From assembly GCA_022781505.1 (NCBI GenBank), contig JALETK010000103.1:1-51405 (forward strand): DNA of 51,405 bases, read 5' to 3'. The notes beneath the pieces are model-generated. The model was not told the origin of the DNA, searched no databases, and saw nothing but the letters and a program-made list of their open reading frames with translations. The position numbers were made by a program, and so were the translations under genes. The DNA comes from Clostridiales bacterium. GTDB taxonomy: Bacteria > Bacillota > Clostridia > Oscillospirales > Oscillospiraceae. Positions 45,833 to 51,405 of this stretch are shown here, one piece after another. Within the stretch, counting starts at the first letter, position 1, and each line of letters begins with the position of its first letter.

Positions 45833-46918
45833 ATGAAAAAGATGTTCGCTCTCGCCCTGGCCCTGGTGATGGTTTTCGCCCTGGCCGCATGCAACTCCAA
45901 GACCCCATCCGATTCCACAACCGCTCCTGAGAACAAAACTGCCGACAACGTGAACGCCACGGTTATCTGGCGTGCCTTTGACGACCAGTTCCAGTCCGGC
46001 TTCCGGATCATCATGGAAGAGGAAGTCAAGGATATCTCCGGCATCACCCTGGATATGCAGGACGGCGAGAACGACGTTTCCAAGTTCACCAACAAGCTGG
46101 AAGTCGCTCTCACCAAGGGCGCCAACATCGTGGCTCTCTGCGCCCCCGACCGGGAGTGCACCGCTGAGCTGATGGCCAAGTGTGACGCTGACAGCGTGCC
46201 CGCTGTGTTCTTCAACATGGAGCCCATGCCCGAGACCATGGAAGCCTACGACAACATCTGGTATGTGGGCGCTCAGGCCAAGGAGTCCGGCACCATGTGC
46301 GCCCAGGCTCTGATCAACTACTGGAATGCCAACACCGAGATCGCCGACAAGAACGGCGACGGCAAGCTGCAGCTGGTAATTCTCCAGGGCGAGATTGGCC
46401 AGCAGGACGTGGTTCTCCGCACCGAGGCCTATGAAGAGACCCTTCAGGCTGCCGGTATCGAGTATGAGATTCTGGCCTGCGATACTGCCAACTGGGACAA
46501 GGCCCAGGCTCTGGATAAGATGAACGCTTGGATTACTGCTTATGGCATTGACGGCATTGAAGGCGTTCTGTGCAACAACGATGGCATGGCCATGGGCGCT
46601 GTGCAGGCCGCTCTGAACAACGGCTACAACCAGGGCGATCCCGCAAAGTTTATGCCCATTGTGGGTATTGACGCCACGGTGGAAGCCCTCCAGGCTATGA
46701 AGGACGGCAGCCTCCTGGGCACCGTTCTGAATGACCGCAACAGCCAGTCTGTTGCTATCATCAATGTGATGAAGGCTGTTATGGCCGGCCAGAAGATCAC
46801 CGAGGATGTGGTCGGTGTGGACTGCACGGTGGACGGCAAATATGTTTGGGTTCCTTACGTCATCGTGGATGAGAGCAACCTGGACGCTACTCTGGAGCTC
46901 ATGCTCTCCTTTGAGTAA
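45833..46918 (+). CDS. MglB-like sugar-binding lipoprotein
   Basis: Lipobox LAAC, PAVFFN, DKNGDGKL Ca-binding loop, CNNDGMAMGA, GIDAT, GTVLND; stem-loop at about 46950-46983 downstream. Confidence 0.87.
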   Translation: MKKMFALALALVMVFALAACNSKTPSDSTTAPENKTADNVNATVIWRAFDDQFQSGFRIIMEEEVKDISGITLDMQDGENDVSKFTNKLEVALTKGANIVALCAPDRECTAELMAKCDADSVPAVFFNMEPMPETMEAYDNIWYVGAQAKESGTMCAQALINYWNANTEIADKNGDGKLQLVILQGEIGQQDVVLRTEAYEETLQAAGIEYEILACDTANWDKAQALDKMNAWITAYGIDGIEGVLCNNDGMAMGAVQAALNNGYNQGDPAKFMPIVGIDATVEALQAMKDGSLLGTVLNDRNSQSVAIINVMKAVMAGQKITEDVVGVDCTVDGKYVWVPYVIVDESNLDATLELMLSFE

Positions 46919-47031
46919 GTCGGATCGTATCATTTGATTCCCTTTGGTTTGGAAGGCCTCCGGCGAGGACCGGAGGCCTTCCTCCTAAAGCAGACGTTCC
47001 AAAGCAATATCATTTTTCCGGAGGTGGTACC

Positions 47032-48558
47032 TTGCAGCAATACCGTTTGGAAGTGGAAGGAATGTGCAAATCCTTCCCTGGGGTCAAGGCCCTGGATCAT
47101 GTTTCTCTGCGGGTAAAGCCCGGCTCTGTCCACGCTCTCATCGGAGAAAATGGCGCGGGCAAATCGACTCTGATGAAGTGCCTCTTTGGACTGTACCATC
47201 CGGAGGAGGGCACGGTGAAGATCGACGGAGAACCTGTGACAATCACCGACAGCAAAGCCGCTTTGCACCACGGCTTATCCATGATTCACCAGGAGCTGAA
47301 CCCGGTTCCCTATCGCAATGTGATGGACAATATCTGGGTCGGCCGGTTCCCCAAAAAGGGACTGGTGGTGGACGAAAAAGAAATGGAGCGGAAGACGACC
47401 AAGCTGCTGCAGGATCTGGAATTCGACATCCCCTGCAAGACGCTGGCAAAGAACCTGTCCGTCTCCCAGCTTCAGGCAATTGAAATTGCCAAGTCTATTT
47501 CCTACGACGCAAAGATCATCATCATGGACGAACCCACCTCTTCTCTCACGGGAGCGGAGACAGATCATCTGTTCAAGCTGATCCGCAAGCTGAAGGCGGA
47601 GGGCAGATCCGTCATTTACATCTCCCACAAGCTGGAGGAGATCTTTGAAATTGCCGATGAGATCACCGTCATGCGGGACGGGCAGTATGTGGGCTCCTAT
47701 GCCGTGGGAGATATTACCATCGATCAGCTCATCGCCCTGATGGTTGGACGGGACATGGACGAGCGGTTCCCGCCCAATGAGCATGTGGTGCAGGAGGAGA
47801 ACATCCTCTCTGTGGAGCACTATACCTCCTCGAACCCCCGATCCTTCCGGGACATCTCCTTCGGACTTCGGAAGGGGGAGATTCTGGGCATCGGCGGCCT
47901 GGTAGGCGCCCAGCGCACGGAGCTGGTGGAGGCGATTTTTGGCCTGCGCCCCATCCGGGAGGGGAAGCTCACCATGCTGGGCAAGCCCATCCGCAACCGC
48001 AGCGCCCGGGAGGCCATCTCCCATGGGTTTGCGCTGCTCACAGAGGAGCGCCGCGCCACCGGCATCGTGCCCATGCTGTCCGTGAAGGACAACGCCCTGG
48101 TGGCGGCCTATAAGAAATTCGTAAACAACAAGCTTGGCGTTTTGAATCCCAGACGGCTGGTTCAGCCGGTGGACCAGGTGTGCAAGCAGCTGGACGTGCG
48201 TATGGCCAATATGAATGTGCAGATCAAGAACCTCTCCGGCGGCAACCAGCAGAAGGTTCTGGTGGGCAGATGGCTGCTGGCAGGCTGCAACATCCTGATT
48301 CTGGATGAGCCGACCCGCGGCGTGGACGTGGGCGCCAAGTATGAGATCTATAAGATTATGCGCCAGCTGGTCCGGGAGGGGAACTCCATCATCATGGTCT
48401 CCTCGGAAATGCCGGAGCTTTTGGGTATGTCTGACCGGGTCATGGTCATGTGTGAGGGCCGGCTTTCCGGCATCCTGGAGGGAGAGAAGGCCAATCAGGT
48501 GGAGGTTATGCGCCTGGCCACCGCTTTCTCCGCAAAAGAAGAAGCAGTCGGAGGTTGA
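47032..48558 (+). CDS. Sugar ABC transporter ATP-binding protein (MglA-like)
   Basis: [36 protein letters not shown]; TTG start after GGAGGTG. Confidence 0.92.
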   Translation: MQQYRLEVEGMCKSFPGVKALDHVSLRVKPGSVHALIGENGAGKSTLMKCLFGLYHPEEGTVKIDGEPVTITDSKAALHHGLSMIHQELNPVPYRNVMDNIWVGRFPKKGLVVDEKEMERKTTKLLQDLEFDIPCKTLAKNLSVSQLQAIEIAKSISYDAKIIIMDEPTSSLTGAETDHLFKLIRKLKAEGRSVIYISHKLEEIFEIADEITVMRDGQYVGSYAVGDITIDQLIALMVGRDMDERFPPNEHVVQEENILSVEHYTSSNPRSFRDISFGLRKGEILGIGGLVGAQRTELVEAIFGLRPIREGKLTMLGKPIRNRSAREAISHGFALLTEERRATGIVPMLSVKDNALVAAYKKFVNNKLGVLNPRRLVQPVDQVCKQLDVRMANMNVQIKNLSGGNQQKVLVGRWLLAGCNILILDEPTRGVDVGAKYEIYKIMRQLVREGNSIIMVSSEMPELLGMSDRVMVMCEGRLSGILEGEKANQVEVMRLATAFSAKEEAVGG

Positions 48559-48560
48559 TT

Positions 48561-49571
48561 ATGAACGCGATGAAACTGAAACGGCCCGGCAGCGCCGACT
48601 GGAAGAAGCTGCTGATGGACAATGTCCTGATCCTGGTCCTGCTCATGATGATTGTGGTGATCATTGTCATCGAGCCCGCGTTCTTCCAGTGGCGGGTGAT
48701 GAAGGACATTCTGACCCAGTCCGCCGTGAAGCTGATCTGCGCCCTGGGCCTGATGTTCCCCCTGCTTCTGGGCGGCACGGATCTGGCCGGCGGCCGGCAG
48801 GTGGGTCTGGCCGCGGTGATCGTGGCCTCTCTGTCCCAGACGGCCACCTATGTGAACCGGTTCTATCCCAACCTGCCCAATCTGCCCATTATTGTGCCCA
48901 TTCTCATCACCCTGTTGGTGGTGTCGGTCATCGGCCTGTGCAACGGCCTCATGATCTCCAAGCTGAAGATGGCGCCCTTCATCGCCACCTACGGCATGAG
49001 CACCATTGTCTATGGCATCAACTGCCTGTACTTTGCCCAGGAGCCCAACCGGTCCCAGCCCATCGGCGGCATTCGGGAGGAGCTCACCTGCCTGTCCAGC
49101 ACCCAGTTTTTGGGCGTGAGCCTCCTGGTCTGGATTGCGCTGGCCATCGCCCTGGTAGTCTGGTTCGTGCTGAACCGCACCACCTTCGGCAAGCACATCT
49201 ACATCGTGGGCGGCAACCAGGAGACGGCCAAGGTCTCCGGCGTCAATGTGCCCCTGATTATCATTGCCTGCTTCATCATTGAGAGCTGCCTTGTGGGTAT
49301 GGGCGGCATTCTGGAGGTTGCCCGCACCGGCGGCGCCAATTCCGGCTACGGCGTCTCCTACGAATTTGACGCCATCTCCGCCTGCGTGGTGGGCGGTGTG
49401 TCCCTGAGCGGCGGCGTTGGCAAGGTGTCCGGCGCACTCATCGGCGTCATTGTCTTTACCATCATCAGCTACGGCCTGACCTTCATCGGCCTGAACCCCA
49501 ACTGGCAGCTGATTATCAAGGGCCTGATCATCATTGCGGCTGTGGCTCTGGATATGCGGAAGAATGCCTGA
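48561..49571 (+). CDS. Sugar ABC transporter permease (MglC-like)
   Basis: GGTDLAGG, APFIAT, FGKHIYIVGGN, DAISACVVGGVSLSGG. Confidence 0.9.
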   Translation: MNAMKLKRPGSADWKKLLMDNVLILVLLMMIVVIIVIEPAFFQWRVMKDILTQSAVKLICALGLMFPLLLGGTDLAGGRQVGLAAVIVASLSQTATYVNRFYPNLPNLPIIVPILITLLVVSVIGLCNGLMISKLKMAPFIATYGMSTIVYGINCLYFAQEPNRSQPIGGIREELTCLSSTQFLGVSLLVWIALAIALVVWFVLNRTTFGKHIYIVGGNQETAKVSGVNVPLIIIACFIIESCLVGMGGILEVARTGGANSGYGVSYEFDAISACVVGGVSLSGGVGKVSGALIGVIVFTIISYGLTFIGLNPNWQLIIKGLIIIAAVALDMRKNA

Positions 49572-49591
49572 CCAATCATAGGAGGATTATT

Positions 49592-50485
49592 ATGGAGAAA
49601 ATGAAGTTAAGTGAACATCTCAGCCTGTCCCGGGTCATCCAGGGCTTCTGGCGGCTGGACAGCTGGGATTTCAGCACCCAGGAGCTGGTCTCCTTTATGC
49701 ACGCCTGCATTGAGCGGGGCGTGACCACCTTTGACACCGCCGAGATCTATGGCGGCACCCTCTGCGAGACCCTGATGGGCAAGGCCTTTGCCGCCGATCC
49801 CTCTCTCCGGGGGCAGATTGAGCTGGTCTCCAAGACCGGCATCTACAAGACCCCGGTGGATGGGGACATGTTCGGCTACTACAACACGAAGAAGGAGCGG
49901 GTGCTCCAGTCCTGCCAGGAGAGCCTGCAGCGGCTGAATACGGACCATCTGGATCTGTATCTCATCCACCGGGAGGATCCCTGCTTCGACCCCTACGACA
50001 CGGCGGAGGCCCTTCTCTCCCTGAAGGAGCGGGGACTGGTGCGGGAGATCGGCGTCTCCAACTTCGACCCCTTCAAGTTTGACGCCCTTCAGAAGGCCAC
50101 CGGCGGCCAGCTGGTGACCAACCAGATTGAGTGGAATCCCGTGTGCTTTGAGCACTTCAACTCCGGCATGATGGATTATCTGACGGTAAACCGGATTCAT
50201 CCCATGATCTGGTCCCCCCTGGCCGGTGGACGGCTGTTCAGGGAGGGGGATCCCCAGTGCGAAAAGGCCATGAAGGTCATCCGTGCCCTGGCGGAGAAGC
50301 ACGGCGTGGAGCCTGCGGTGATGGTCTACGCCTGGATTCTGTATCATCCTGTGGGCGCCATGCCCCTGGTCGGCAGCAGCAAGGTGGACCGGCTGGATCT
50401 GGCAATCCAGGCCCTGGATGTGAAGCTGGAGCACAGCGAGTGGTACCAGATCTATGTGGCCAGCGGCCAGCAGGTGCTGCGCTGA
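49592..50485 (+). CDS. Aldo/keto reductase (YdhF-like)
   Basis: GFWR, TFDTAEIYG, VSKTG, DLYLIHR, IGVSNF, NQIE, WSPLAGG. Confidence 0.92.
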   Translation: MEKMKLSEHLSLSRVIQGFWRLDSWDFSTQELVSFMHACIERGVTTFDTAEIYGGTLCETLMGKAFAADPSLRGQIELVSKTGIYKTPVDGDMFGYYNTKKERVLQSCQESLQRLNTDHLDLYLIHREDPCFDPYDTAEALLSLKERGLVREIGVSNFDPFKFDALQKATGGQLVTNQIEWNPVCFEHFNSGMMDYLTVNRIHPMIWSPLAGGRLFREGDPQCEKAMKVIRALAEKHGVEPAVMVYAWILYHPVGAMPLVGSSKVDRLDLAIQALDVKLEHSEWYQIYVASGQQVLR

Positions 50486-50582
50486 GGTCAGCCAAACGCC
50501 CTGGCGAACCGACGGAAAAACATTCATGCAGCCGGTGCCTGCGCCGGAGGTGTGCATGACAAGAAAGGCGCAATTTCAGAAA

Positions 50583-50779
50583 ACAGAAATGGGGGTGTCT
50601 CAAAACTCGTTTTGAGACACCCCCTGACGATTTTCCAAACCCCATCGGTTTGGAAAATCGGTTGATTGAACGCGAAAGAGGCCCTTTGCCCCTTTCACAC
50701 TTTCCCCGCTACTCTATATCGCTAAATTTTTCTCCTATTTTTCCTGGTGCAGCAGTATGTGAGACAGTCCCATTTCTGT
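50583..50779. mobile_element. Non-autonomous MITE-like element with IS1182-like termini
   Basis: The left end acagaaatgggggtgtctca matches the reverse complement of the right end (acagaaatgggactgtctca) at 18/20. Two perfect internal hairpins; no ORF. Confidence 0.45.
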
Positions 50780-50890
50780 AAATTATCCCTTCCTTCCTGC
50801 CTGCCGGGAAAGGCTCCTGGATACCCCCTAGTGCGTTGTAACTTCTAAAAATCGACTACAGATCCTATAAGGGCCGTGATTCTACGAACC

Positions 50891-51033
50891 GTAGGGGAGG
50901 GTCATGACCCTCCCGCAGTATGGGACTTCCTATCCCGGTGCACCCGGGCGAATCCGTAAAATCCTTTGACTCTGGAACAAAACAGGCCCGGGTGGGCCCG
51001 TTTTGTTCCGGGAGGGTCATGACCCTCCCCTAC
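50891..51033. repeat. GTAG-type REP doublet (REPIN-like)
   Basis: GTAGGGGAGGGTCATGACCCTCCCG (50891-50915) and its exact reverse complement (51009-51033), with a 93-bp spacer. Confidence 0.85.
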
Positions 51034-51327
51034 AATGCACCAAAGTGATATTTTAAAAGTTACAATGTTCTATCCTCTGAAAAGGAAAGGCGCCGAACCG
51101 TCTCCCGCACCAGGCCGCCCCTCATCCTCCGTAACTCATTGTACCCGACTTTTTCAGAAATGTCCACAGGGATTTCTCCGGCAGATTGAAAGCAGGAAAC
51201 AGGAGCTGTCAAACACCCACGGGTAGCCCAGCCTCATGCAGGCGGTCGCTGTGATCCTCTGTGCATCCCGGTCATATTCCTGGCCGGGATATTCCCTTCC
51301 GGATTTTCAGTCCTAGGTTCCACCCCT

Positions 51328-51405
51328 TTAATATTCCTTCGTAACCTCCGCCGGGGAGATGCCGTAGGTCTCCAGGAATTCCTCCAGATCTCCGCCGGTT
51401 CGGAT
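51328..51405 (-). CDS. 3' end of a CDS running in from beyond the window
   Basis: The minus frame reads IRTGGDLEEFLETYGISPAEVTKEY* with genome-typical codons; product not identifiable. Confidence 0.55.
   Translation of the reverse strand: MRTGGDLEEFLETYGISPAEVTKEY

Overview
High-GC chromosomal segment from a spore-forming Clostridia-type firmicute; the gene content and repeats suggest Oscillospiraceae, which is an inference. Most of it is core genome: rnpB (minus strand), murD-ispD-ispF, DUF3343 plus a cysteine desulfurase, cdaA-cdaR-rseC-yicC-remA-gmk-rpoZ-priA-def-fmt-rsmB-rlmN, stp-prkC-rsgA, rnj, and gdpP-rplI-dnaB-tilS-hpt-ftsH. Accessory blocks are two paralogous Mgl-type sugar ABC transporters (one inside a GntR/PfkB/class II aldolase/aldo-keto reductase catabolic locus), an operon of unknown function with an ATP-grasp enzyme and two alpha/beta hydrolases, and a lower-GC lipoprotein/ABC exporter cassette. 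I found no CRISPR array, prophage, transposase, rRNA or tRNA. The least explained signals are non-coding. A solo XRE repressor has a lambda-like divergent two-operator switch whose strong promoter seems to drive a structured RNA of about 100 nt rather than a gene. There are three further promoter-proximal structured RNA candidates, a TGTC-type REP array whose core also appears inside helix P12 of RNase P RNA, a GTAG REP doublet and an IS-end-like MITE. Two small ORFs are missing from the ORF track: a 52-aa ORF with a SigF-type promoter and a 13-codon ORF in the exporter cassette. All calls come from reading motifs by eye; no searches or folding programs were run.
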